From contig NMRA01000014.1 in assembly GCA_002633005.1 (NCBI GenBank), positions 672,955 to 736,954 on the forward strand: a DNA stretch of 64,000 nt, given 5' to 3'. Each line of letters opens with the position of its first letter. Position 1 is the first letter of the stretch. A program made the position numbers and the translations under genes. The notes beneath the pieces were generated by a model. It searched no databases. It was not told the DNA's origin and saw only the letters and a program-made list of their open reading frames with translations. Below, in pieces: positions 24,001 to 36,459 of the stretch. This DNA is from Phoronis australis. Its lineage: Eukaryota; Animalia; Phoronida.

Positions 24001-27000
24001 CCTGAGAAAGAAAATAAAACCGAATACCAAACAGAAACTTTTCCAAAGAAACATTATATAGCTCTTGAAAACTGTTACACCGAAGAAATGTTCAAAATAC
24101 GAACGTCATTTACGGAAGGTCGTACCAGAATAATTCGTTGCAGTGGAGCCGCCACGGCATATTAAAAACACTGTGCTCTGCACTATAGTTAGCTGAATGG
24201 AAAGCTGAAGCGAAAAAATCCAGAACACACATTTTCTATTCAGGAATTGAAATCTAGGTAGAATCAAAAACAATTGGCAACCAGGATTTAATGCGTCAGA
24301 AAACTTATCGCGCCAGGAGAGAATTGTTCTCATTCTCGGAGAGTACGTGATCACCCATTATGCAATGATGACAATCCAGTGTTGGCATCTATTGTAAAAC
24401 GTGGATTAGACGAAAGAAATTTAACCGCATTTCCAAGATAATATGTCTGCCGTCGGCGAGAGGTTGAACACGTAGCCCTTGTTTATACGAATAGTACCGA
24501 CACTATCGTCACTTTGAAGGATCAATGCTTGGGGATGGTGACGTGGTGTCCTGGCGTGAAAAGTTACTGACATGGTAAGTTTTTGAACCCGACTTATTAA
24601 CATTGCAGTTCGGTCGTATTTTATTATGATCCTGAAGTGAAGAATTTTTGGTCCTCACGTGATAAATTATAGGTGCTGATGTGATAAATTTTCATTCTTG
24701 GCGTGGTGAATTTTGGTCTTGATTTGTTTTTTGGTCTTCTGTGTGAAAACAATCCCAATGTATTGGATTGTTTTAATTCTTGCTGAAGTAAAAGTTTTGG
24801 TTTTGAAATCTTTATTTTTGGTCCCGGAGAGTTAACATGTTTTGCTTGGTTTTAATCTTGCATAGAAAATATATGTCGTTAAATGTTTCCACTTAGGCCT
24901 TCCATAAATGTTTGAGAGCATCTTACTATGTAAGTTCTTACATAAATCTTGGTGTTTTTGATTTAGCAATACTATGAAAAATGAGTAGTTATGACTATGA
25001 AAAATGAGTAGTTGTGGCTTCTTTTGAAATATTGTATCCTTTGCATATGCCTGGTGTAGATGGCTGAGTGTGATATTATGTAAGCCTTATTATACTCTAT
25101 GGCTTAACAACTATGTATCTTCATTTAGAGGTACTCTCAAGATCATCAAATATGTGTATGTTTTTATTCTAATGAGGTGTGCTTCAAATGTACAATTAGT
25201 AATCATACTTTTGCAGTGGTTCATAACAAACGGATTCACCAAACTCACTAAATATTTGTGCAACTGCCGATCTGCATATTAGACATGCACATTGCATCAT
25301 ACCTCATCAAGGTAAAACTTGTTATCAATCATAGTAGAATCAATTATTTTTATCATTGCCACAAGACGTAAACAAACGCAGTCAGTGTCTGTAACTGTTG
25401 TGTCTACATTGCTGATGAATAAACGTCGGTCTAAATCCATTTTTATAACACTGATTCATGCCAAAGGTTTGAAAGTGCACCCCCTTAAGAGTATTGACTT
25501 GCCCTGGTGATCACTAGAATTGATGCAATTAACTTATAGAAGTTGTTTTTAACCTGTGTCATAGAACGGAAATTGTGTGCGTTTTCGTTTGCGGGAGTGT
25601 TCTTTTTGAATCACTAGGTTAATAATTTTTACGCTCTACATGAAAACACAGACTACTTTCTTTAGGATTACACGTACCAAGTTACCCCGAAATACTATTT
25701 TTAAAGTTTTAGCCCCTTGGAGTATACGCGAAACGCCAAGTATTGTGTTCTTACGCCGAAGGGCTCTTAAGGCTCTAGCCTTGGAAGAAGGCTGTTTACA
25801 AAATTAAATATACAAATTTGCGCCGTTGTGGGTAAAAACTGACCCAATAAAATCTTCCTAGAGTAATCTAACTTATTTACCAGCGTTGCAAAAATTGGTT
25901 TTCTACAATTATTCTGCTGCTAAAGTTATGGTGTGATCTTTTGCGTCGACTTTCGACGCAATGAAATATTGCGTCACCTATTAGTCAGTCTCTTTTTCCC
26001 AGATTCTTCCATCAAACGTTCTCCCTCGAGATTGCGTAAACGTCTCAACAAATGATCAGATTGGTTTTCACTTCATTCTATGTTTTTTTTGGAATTTTGA
26101 TACCAGTAAACCGAATTTTAGAACAAATTTTGCTGAGATGTTGTCATCAAATAATGGAAGATGTCGAAAATATTTTTGGAAGTGGCGCGTGTCCCGAATA
26201 AACTTTTTTCCAAACGACGGCATACACTTTTTTCGTTACAAAAGTCAGATAATTATGCAAGAAGATGACGTCGGATGTTTTTCGCTAAAACGGCCATAAC
26301 GGGCAAGTTGAATGTCAATTGACATCGAGATTTTGCATGTACACCGGCCGGTCTTTAGCTTATGTTAATACAAGCTTCACGACGAGGTGACGAGTTTAAC
26401 TATCCGGGTTGTGTGTGAAATTTCGAGGTCTGATTGAGCTCAATACACTGGCACCTTGCTGTATTTTGAAAATAGTCTTCATTCAGCTAACTGGCTAGAT
26501 AGGAAGACTCTAGCTTCGAAACGATTTTTACTGCGAAAGTGACAACAAATTCAGAATGATGATGGATGATCGATGACACTATAGCCCGATCACGTTCTAC
26601 CGTTTTCATGCGCCCATGATCTTAATGTCGGCGCTATGTTCAAACCATTGTTCATGTTGTTCCTAAAATAAACTTGCGTTCTATTGCTGTAACAGCATAT
26701 TAAGACATTATACAGAAAAAAACAATAATTATCTGTGGTAAAGCGCAATATACAGCGTGATGAAGTGATGATCAAGAGTAATAACGGATGAGCGCAAATT
26801 TGTGCCGTTTGTTGAGCATTCCGCGTTCACTTAAGGTCTTAAAACATCCAGCGTTGTATTCTGATTTTTATGCAATTTTACTGTAAAATTTTAAATTCGT
26901 GCTTGTTCTATGCATTATGTACTATATAAAAAGTCTCATATCCAAAGTTAGAAATTATGCTTCAGCGATATCCCTTAACGTTCGATTTTACCACACCGTC

Positions 27001-27470
27001 ATTAATTCAAGATAAAGTTTTAGGCTGGTGTAATGACACGCACTTCATATTTGTAGGTTGATTCGATTTTACCTCCATTCAATAGTTGAACTAAAGTTGA
27101 CAAAACGATGTCAAGACCGGAGTTGCCACTGGTGAACGAACAGCGAACAGTTAAATATTTGTTTGGCCAAAGTTCATCGCTAAGTCATAAAATGGTAATT
27201 GCCGACCAAGGACACGCTTAATCCGAATTGGTCGTCTACGCTAGGCGACCACTTAGCCGACCCAAGTGCCGACCACAGAGGCGACTCAGCAGACGGCTCC
27301 TAGCCGACCATTGTTGGTCGGCTGCTGGTCGGCTAGACGACCGGTCGACGGCCGGTCGTCGACCAATTTCCGACCGGCCGGACAAAAATTCGTGATGTGT
27401 GCTGTACCTTGACAAGCGGGGTTAGGACAAATCTTATTTAGTGGGAATGTTTATAGCATGTTGTAGGCGT
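21013..27470 (+). mobile_element. pogo-like family E, copy/arm 1 (interrupted by family T copy C)
   Basis: 21013-21920 is the reverse complement of ~34582-35590. 21920-22337 plus 27405-27470 is the reverse complement of ~29617-30054. Confidence 0.75.
22338..27404 (-). mobile_element. Family T copy C, longest copy (5.07 kb)
   Basis: Both TIRs with TA flanks. The empty site is visible in the family E copy at ~29670-29690. No intact transposase ORF seen. Confidence 0.9.
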
Positions 27471-28699
27471 GCCAACTGACTCTGAGAATGTGTGAAAACG
27501 GTGCTTCTATGAGAAAAAGAAAGCATGACCTTATACAAAGGTAAGGTTTGTGATTAATTTAACGATTATTCCTTGTTTATTCTACTGATGCCTGTTAACT
27601 GAGATACTCGCCGATGTCGACTTCGCGGCAGTCGTCAGTCAGGTTAATCTTTGTTTGTTGTGATGCCAGTTACGATACTTGACGTGTAGCACTCAGGATT
27701 TTTTCGTACATCAAAGCAGTATAATTGTTTGGAAAGATTTCTAACAGGTTTATTATTAACAGCTATATCTCAATGAATGCTGAACGATATTGGTTAGTGA
27801 GATTACAATCCAAGCCCAATGCCATGGCAAAGGGTACGGAAATATCCTTAAGACTATTTGTTTTCTCCCTATCCTATGTCTTTCGGAAAATCGTTACACG
27901 TTGAAATGAAAATTTATCATGTCTGTTTTCACGTGACCTTTGGTTTTTATTGTCGAGGGCTTGTACCTTGCAGAGGAGATATGCATCTCTTCTGCATCGA
28001 CCCTGAATGGACAAACATTGGTTTTAAGCAGTTGACTGCAGCTAACCAGCAAGATCTTCCTATCCAGTGTAGACCTATTGTTAAAGCCTAATTTCTTTAT
28101 CGAAGACAACGAACCAGCTTTCTTACTCTTTTCTCTTCACACAACATTTCCACACACCATTAGTGCTGCATGGCACAATGTACATGTCAGTGGCCCTGGT
28201 GAAATGTGAATCGCAGTACGAAGTTACCATAAGACAATGTGTTGTTTGTGTTTGTAGAGGAACTATATCTGATAGCTACACAAGTCCGCCTCGTTGGTGA
28301 GGATGCCCTTCCATAGGCAATAAGTCATGTGTGGACAATAGCTTTTTTCTGGAAGACTGCTGGATTGAAGCTAAATAAGACGTAGTGACACTATGGTCTA
28401 GTTCAGGGTCAGATTTTGGGCGAAAACGAGCCAAGTGATATAATTGTGTGTTTACCTTCAAGGATCTGATTGAAGATGAATGAGGTTATCTGGAGGAAAG
28501 CCATGTGCCGAAACAGAACTTTTTTTACAAGCGCTTCTATAGGCTATTGGAACTTAGAGCTCTGTGAAATGAAAACCAAAAGCATTTGGTATAAAAACCT
28601 GTCCTTCCTCACTGAGTGACTTTAACTTTCCCATGCAGAAGAAAGGCTTTATACTATTGGTAAAAACTTTTCAATTTGGTACACATTCCCTGGCGAGAA

Positions 28700-29030
28700 T
28701 TTCATACGTTTGACATGCTTTTGAGCGTGTCAAACGTGTCAAACGTGTAAAAATGTGTAATACGTGTCAAAATTGCCACGTTAACGTGTGAAACGTGTAA
28801 AGACATGACAGGTTAGCGTGTCAAACGTTTATAATTTGCCACGTTAGCGTGTCTAACGTGTAAAATTTGCCACGTTAGCGTGTCAAACGTGCAAAATTTG
28901 ACACGCTAGCATATCAAACATATAAAAATGTGACACGTTACGGTGACAAGCGTGTAACATTTTACACGCTAGCGTGGAAAACGGGGGGAAATTTTGACAC
29001 GCTAGCTTGTTGAACGTGTAAAATATGATA
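28700..29030. repeat. Minisatellite, ~30-bp unit CACGTTAGCGTGTCAAACGTGTAAAATTTG
   Basis: About 10 degenerate tandem units built from ACGT/ACGC palindromic cores. Confidence 0.8.
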
Positions 29031-30056
29031 AAAATCTTCAATAAAGATAAATTTAAATAGGCTTGGCAGTTCTGACAAAGCCACTTGGAGGTAATCACTC
29101 AATTCGAATGACTAAACAACATTAAAGAATTTGCAACAAAAGTTTTCACTGCCTGTAAGAGAGTGCATTTGTATCAGGAGAGCACTTATGAAGTATGGTT
29201 TTCGAGTGTGGTTGAGCTCTATCAGAAGTTTGGTATGTATGTACCCTAGTTGAGAGTGGCTTGATAAAAATTTCTTGCAAATGGTCCTTCTTTTAATAGG
29301 TAAGTTTGTTTGTAACAGAAAACAAGAGTCAGTAGAAACTGTTGACTGTGCAGGTAATATATGCAGTTGGAATGCTTCTCATCTTCAGTAGTATATCAAT
29401 TCATAATTATTGTTATTGGATCAACTCACATTTTCTGTCAGCTTGAATGAGGATAAGACATTGTGTGTAGAGGTTTGGGCGGCAAAATCAACATGAACTC
29501 AATGTTATGACAAACATTGAATCACTCTTGGTAATTCAAAGATGTTACAAAGTGCGTCTGTTCTTTACTTCATAACCTGTCTTCAAGCAACTGGCCTGAC
29601 AAAAAAGCTAACTTATATGCGTATATCATGCTATAAACATTCCTACTGAATAAGATTGGTCCAAACCCCGCCTGTCAGGGTAAACTGTGGGGTTTGGAAA
29701 ATTGAACTAGACCGTATTTATCGACCTTGGCTAAGTCGCGCTCGGCTCATGATCAAAGGGATGCCGCCAAGCTGCTCTATTCATCGAGTCACGAGCGAGG
29801 ATAATTGGCTTCGCTCATGCGGATAAGGATCAGCTTACTACAATCTAGCCTAGCAGACTGTGCTTCTTATGAAGAGTTTTACGTAGTTTTTACCGCAATA
29901 TTTGAAAAGAAGAGCGAAAACAAATATGAGTACAACTCTGAATTTTTCAAATCGGCCCAGGATAAGAGATTTTGCAACCCAGCAACACTCACGATTACTT
30001 TCCAAAAGTTATTTAGATTTTGGAACACACGCATTGCAATATTCAAAATACGTTTA

Positions 30057-33000
30057 CCGTATTCTTCGTAATAACCGCCCAAGGCGCTTAGAAAAGTTCG
30101 GTTTAGGGAGGCTTATTATAACCCAAGGCGGTTGAAACCCGGTCTCCGAAACGGGTGAAATCGGAAGCTAAGATTCATCAAATTTACGCTCTGTGACGTA
30201 TATGTAATCCATGAAATACTTTCAACAAAACTTTGGTGCATTGCTATCAAACTCTGCTGCGAAAACTCGCCTTCTGACTGCCTCGAAATCAGTCTTCGAT
30301 ATGGCGACTTCAATGCTTGAATAAAAATGGTTTCGACTGAAGCAAATTACCTGAAATCCTCATTAAGTTTCATAAGTAGCGTATCTAAGATTGTTTTTTA
30401 AGTTCCCGTGGAGTCTGGATTAACGGCAGGTTTAAGTACAAATCCGTGCAACATCGTGCCATCTACATGTATGATCGGCAACACGGCAAGAAAAATGTCT
30501 CTGCGAACACACACGTTGTTGTCACGTGACGTTTGTTTTGAAGTTCGTCTGGGAGTAAGCGAGCGCGTGCGTGTCACCAGAGTTCATTTGCCAAAGCACT
30601 TCTTTTGGCCAGAGCCACGCAACCTAACTAGCTTGATGTGTCTAAAGAAATTTTCACAAGCAGAGCGTATTTCATTCAGCACTTGCCGGTCTTGTGATAA
30701 AAACTTTCGACATTTGTCTCGGTAAGGCCCATATTAGTCGCAGTGTAGCTGAATGCGTACGTATCTATCTGAAAGTTATTTTTCGGTGTAAGGGTGTTTA
30801 AGTATTCACTGTCAGTTGTCATTTTATTGGATATTCGGCTTAAAAACACCATTCATGGTTAATCAAACAATCCATCTCAAAAATAACGCAAACATGTTTT
30901 ATAGAATTAGAAATTATCGGAAATTAGTGCCAATATTCATTTCTTATCGATGCTATGCTACCCGTTTCATGAATGGATAGTTCCCGACTAATGTCTTTGA
31001 TGACAGGTTCATGTAAGTAGTGCGCGCTTCCTGTTACGTATTCATGAGACAGCCGATGTGTCTACTGAAAGGTCAGACCATATAGTCGGTGGGCCAGATC
31101 TCATAGCGTTCATCCTTGTGAGTACTTTTGGGGGGCAACCTAGTTTTTTCTATGTGGCTAGATAATATACCTATAAATCAAATTCCAAAAAGTTCACACG
31201 TCTACACTTGCACATTTTTTTTAAAAAGGTGTTTTTGTTGCACAAAATATTATGCACATTCCTGCCACTTGGTGGCACTTTTCTACTGAATTGACCAATC
31301 AGAGAGCCAGATTGTATTATTGTGCTTAGTTACTTCAATATGGCTGCTCCCATGGAGTGTGATGCCTGTATAATTCAAGGTTTATAAAACAGCACCAAAG
31401 TGTGATGCCAGAGCCTAAAGAAGCTTAGAAAAGCTTCCTGGCGAAAGCTGATGGGCTGTGGAGCTCTGTACATCAGTAGATCAAAAAGAAGAAGAGGTGT
31501 CACAAATGTTTGTGCAGAAAACAGCTGCATGTCCTGGTATAGCCTACACACGACTAGACTGCTGAGTGCTGTAGACTAGAAGACCAAGTGTCAGACCAAG
31601 AAATAGAATGGACATAGAACGGCATAGCAACGTTTCAAGGCACCAACAGTACTAAAGCTGAAGTTGCTGAAAGTGATACAGACCATATCCAAGACTTCAA
31701 AAGAAAATCAGTTATACTTCCAAAATCTGAAACACCCAATTTACCTGAATAACATAGGAACATTCTGAAACATGAGTGCATCATTTGTTAGCAAGAAAAG
31801 TACATTATGGACCATATTTCAAGAAAGAGAAAGAAGTATAGCTTTATAAAACAGGTACGTGTTTTTGAAAGGTATATCTTGGTGTTTTCCATGTGTGTTT
31901 CAGTATTATCACCAGTTGTTTTTTTAACTTGTTCAGCCCCTGGGCTGCCTAGGCCTTAGACAATACCGCTGACCCAGTAGAGACGGTGATCATACCATAG
32001 GTACTCCATATGCCGGATGCTTTTCAGCAAATTATGTTCCTATCAGTTTAGAAGTACTGCGTAGAGAGATGCCTCTGAGGAGGTCGTTAATGTTTTCACT
32101 TGTTCCCTGTTTAAACAAATAGTCCTGCAATCCTGTTTTTCGAACACTCCATTGTTCAGTTGCCACATCAACACTGCTTGCGCTAAGGGATAATCATATG
32201 GCGTTATACTGTGGGTGTGATTTTAAAGCACTTTAAGTCAAAAATTTTTGAGAAATTTAAATGGAGTAGATGGTTGCAAACAACATTCCCAAGAGGCCGT
32301 CATCCCCTGCCGTAGTCCTGGCATAGGGGGAACCTCTTCTCAATTTTTCGTAAACATTAATTACTTAGGTAGATGCAATCATAATTAAATTAGAGTGCCT
32401 AAGCGGCCAACGTCGCCGTCGTAATTTGAGGACAATGGAAGCCACTGTCCATTTCGTCAAATATCGATTACCTGAAGTGTAAATCGATTGACTATGGTTT
32501 GAGCATCTGATTTAAAAAAATTAAATTTCAATCACTGCACTGGTATATCAGCTGATTTATTTTCAGTTACATCAACTAATCTAATTATTAGACAATCAAC
32601 ATTTTTAGGCGACAGATCAGACGGCATGTAAATTTGTTAGGCTGGTGGTGGATCAGTTCCTGATAAGTCCGTGTAAAAATTGCATGCCAACTCACTCATA
32701 GTTGAATGTTAAATTAGTGTTAACATTTTGGGTTTTTTCAGTTGGACTTGTATCGCAAGTGACAGCTGAGTCCAGAGTCCTGAATATGCAAATGAAATTC
32801 AAAGATGAAGACCTTGTGTCTTAGAAGCCAAGTACCATGGATTATCATGCTATACGAAATAGAAAGACAACGATTGTGAAGAGTGACCAATCCACAGTTT
32901 TAAGAGATGTTTTTCTACAGTTTTGTTTGGAGTTCATTGAATCAAAGCTTCTATCACATTGATATGTCATTTGCCTTACAAAACTAAAGCAAGATTTTGA

Positions 33001-34579
33001 AGCTGTTCTTCAGAAAGCTGCTGTGCATGAAGTTATTTGGACAGGCAATCTTAAGAAATATTGTTGAAGCTACTCACTGTTGTAGTTTCTGCCCGACTAA
33101 GAGATATGAAAGTGAATTGAGGCTAGTGTTCAATAATTCACTTGCTGACTCTAACTAACACAGCCCATTATAACATATTTTGAATCAAACGTTTGCCCAA
33201 ATCCTGCCCACCTCCAAACAAGGACTTAGTGTTTGATCCTTCATTGCCTGCGGGCCCATCGTCAGTGTGCAGTGCTGTACCCTCTCTAATCGACCACAGT
33301 TGGCTCCTTGGCGGTGGAGCTTTGCAGTTAAAATGTATGGCAATGTCCGCATCTCCATTGACAGTACCGAGCGATGTGCAAGTGCAAAAAGAACATGTGT
33401 GCTGGGAAACTGAGTTTGTGCTGCAATGCTGGGTCAAACTGTACAGAAATGTGCAGCTGTGACAACTGTAGTAACATCAGCAACACCGACTGCATAACAT
33501 TGGTTGGTTCTTTGACAAGTCAACCCTAAATAGACCTCCAACCCCGTTATTTTGTTTTTTTATATTAAAAAGTTAATTTTATTTATTGATTAAGTCATAG
33601 AAATTACATACTTTGATAATTGTCATGTATTTGTCTCATACTGCTTGATCAACGCTGTCAGAATAATCTATTATTTTCATACAGTCTGTGTGCACATTCA
33701 CAGAGATCATTCAACTGTATTGTTTTTGTACTATAATGTATTTCTGGTGTATTATGCAAACAAGCTTTATTTTACACCATTAGTCATTGTTTTAATCATT
33801 GAGGCACAAATTCTGCCCAGTCTCAAGTGTTTTGTGTTATTTTTGTTGCCAGACAATGCCAGAATTATTTCCTAGTAACATTCAGACTTAGTTTGCATTT
33901 TTGCCACTAGGTGTACATGTATCTTTACATCTTTTTAAGTTCTTTGTTTACAATTAATCTACAATAGTGAAACATGTAATGTGAGAGTAATATTCTTCAA
34001 TACAATGGCACTGATGGGATCATATTACTTGTTTTACAAAAATGTCACCAAAGCTGTTGTTTTTACAAATATAAATTTACTAAGCTCTTTGGTAATTATT
34101 AGGTAACTTCAAACTCAAATTTCTCAAAAATGTGCAACTTAATATGTGGGATTTTTTTAGATTTTGAAAACACTCTAGTAAGTGAATTAAGAAACACCAA
34201 AATAAAATTGCCCTACTAAAGTACTCACAAAAACCATTTTCTAGAGGCCCTACAAATTCTGGCCCACCGACTAATAGTGGGACACGGCCGTCGCTAGAGC
34301 TTGGCAACGCTGTTGCGTTCTTTTTGAAGCGCTGCGTCACTGTGAAGTGTAAAGTCACAGCTAAATACAAAAGTAGCAGTGCCGCTGGTGGTCTAGAAGA
34401 CCCGCGCAATTTTTCTTTTTTGATAAGTTGAAGACGTTACTGTAGCCGAATTTTAGGACTGCAGGTACGTCATTGTATGCATGTACACGTTCATGGACTA
34501 GGCACTTATTTCAGCAAAGTTTGAAAACGCGTGGGGGCCGCGCTTATAGGGACATGGGCGGTTTTTACGGCGAACAAGG
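30057..34579 (+). mobile_element. pogo/Tc1-mariner-like element F (related to family E), carrying an Academ insertion
   Basis: Imperfect TIR CCGTATTCTTCGTAATAACCGCCCA vs revcomp CCTTGTTCGCCGTAAAAACCGCCCA. Inserted at the TA of AATACGTG-TA-TTATG seen in arm 1 (right flank now TC). 30110-30570 resembles 21013-21410. Confidence 0.65.
31083..34273 (+). mobile_element. Academ DNA transposon 1, internally deleted
   Basis: 16-bp TIR TAGTCGGTGGGCCAGA / TCTGGCCCACCGACTA and 3-bp TSD ATA. Coding relics LEAKYHGLSCY (~32820) and a C-terminal Cys cluster NCTEMCSCDNCSN (~33440-33475). Confidence 0.8.
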
Positions 34580-36459
34580 TCTTATGAATCTTACAAGCTG
34601 TAAAACGACGCGACGTTGTTTAATTTCATTTTGCTCATTCATTGTCATCCGTCAAATCGGAAATTTCAGAGATGTGATCTTCGGCGTGCGCGTATGTGTA
34701 CAAAACACGAGATTGTTATGTTCCTGAAGTACGAAAATTAAGAAACATTAGCTTGCCGTTATTAATGACAGCAACACGATCAAACGAATTTGGATTTTGA
34801 CTATATTCTTGATACAGCGAGGTGGCTGACCACTGCGTCAGTGTCTCCGTTAGACCCAGAAATTTCACACAGCCCAGCTAGTTCACCTCGTCACCTCGTC
34901 GTCAACATTAGATCGAGCCTTGGACTATTAATATCCACGGTAGAGCTAACGACCGTCGGCCTGTGCACACAAAACCTGTGAGTTAACCAGCACTCACCTT
35001 GCACGTTGCAGCCGTTTAAATGAAAAACAATCTAGTAAACGCCATTTTCATGCATAATACTCCGCTTTTTGTAACAAAAAAGTCTATCGTCGATGACCCA
35101 CACACGCACGCTCCGGCACTCACTCTCATACGCAGACGAACTTGAAAATAAACGTCACGTGACAACAACATGTGTGTTCATCCAGAGATTTTTCTCGTGT
35201 TGTGGGGTAGGATGTAGCGCAGATTTGCACTTAATCGCAATTAATCTGGACTCCACATGAACTTTAAAAATTTTAGAACATAAGGAAGATTTCAGGTAAT
35301 TTGTTGAGTCGAAACTATATTTTTATTCAAGAGTTCAAGTTTTGCTATTGACTATGGCGATTAAGCGACGCATCATTCGGCCATTTTTCGTCCTGTGATG
35401 AGCACAATTTTTTTGAAAAATTATCTTAATTTAACAACGGAAGCTCATAGCAATGCACTACAATTTTGTAGAAAGACTGGCATAGGCTAAAAATACGTCA
35501 CAGAGCGTAAATTTTATGAATCCTAGCTTCCGATTTTACATGTACCCGTTTGGGAAACCGGCTTTCAACTGCCGTAGACTACAATAAGAATCCCCTCCCC
35601 GTGAAATGAATTTTTCTAAGCGTTTATTAGAGCCAATACAGTATACAGCTTTCCACCAAGGCTAGGTGATGCTACATTATTCTTTGTTGCATTAGTAACT
35701 GGTCTTGGCTAATTATCATTTTATGGCCTAGTCATCCATTCAGCCAAAACTAGTTCTAGAGGTGGCTTATCAGCCAATTATTCACGCATGCTGACTCACA
35801 ATAGAAACCTGATAAGAGTGAAGGTGGATAAATGCGGTGTTCCTACAGTTTTTTGTGCTAGTGGATATGTTCACGACATGCAGGCTAGCGTGGCAAAAGC
35901 GTCACGTTCGACAAGCTATTGTCAAAAGCACCACGTTTTCGCCAAGTTGTTATGATGCGTTGTGTATATTTGTATATGTATCTGTCTTTTGTAATGAATG
36001 TATTAATTGTGAAAAAAATGTTCGATTCAATGGCCCAACAATACGTTGGGAAGTTTACCCCCGAAGCCAATATCTTACAGGACTGATTAACTCCATTCTG
36101 GCGTTTATGGTTGGAGGGTCTGCGTCTTTTGTTCGATAATTGCTCTAATCTACGATTAGATCGTAGCCTATCTAGCCTGACTGGGCTGGGTTGATAAAAA
36201 TGAAAGTTAAGTTATAACACATTTGAGTTTAAACCAACGGCCATTTCTGAATTCCTCAAATGCTGATCATGTTCCGTTTTTGAATCACCAAAATTGCCCA
36301 ACTACGACGGACGTTAAGACAATCTGTTCTGTCCAAACGGATTACCAACGCCGCACTAGGTTTGACTGCATTCATACACGTTCGGTAATGGCGTGCAACC
36401 ACCATACGTTTGTTTTGAAGTCTGGGAGATAATTGGCCTGCTTGTTATTATACGGGACA

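Larger units (their letters stand above)
29617..35641 (-). mobile_element. pogo-like family E, copy/arm 2 (interrupted by element F)
   Basis: The terminus on the minus strand reads TA|CTGTATTGGCTCTAATAAACGCTTAGAAAA at 35641. Homologous to arm 1 once 30057-34579 is removed. Confidence 0.75.
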
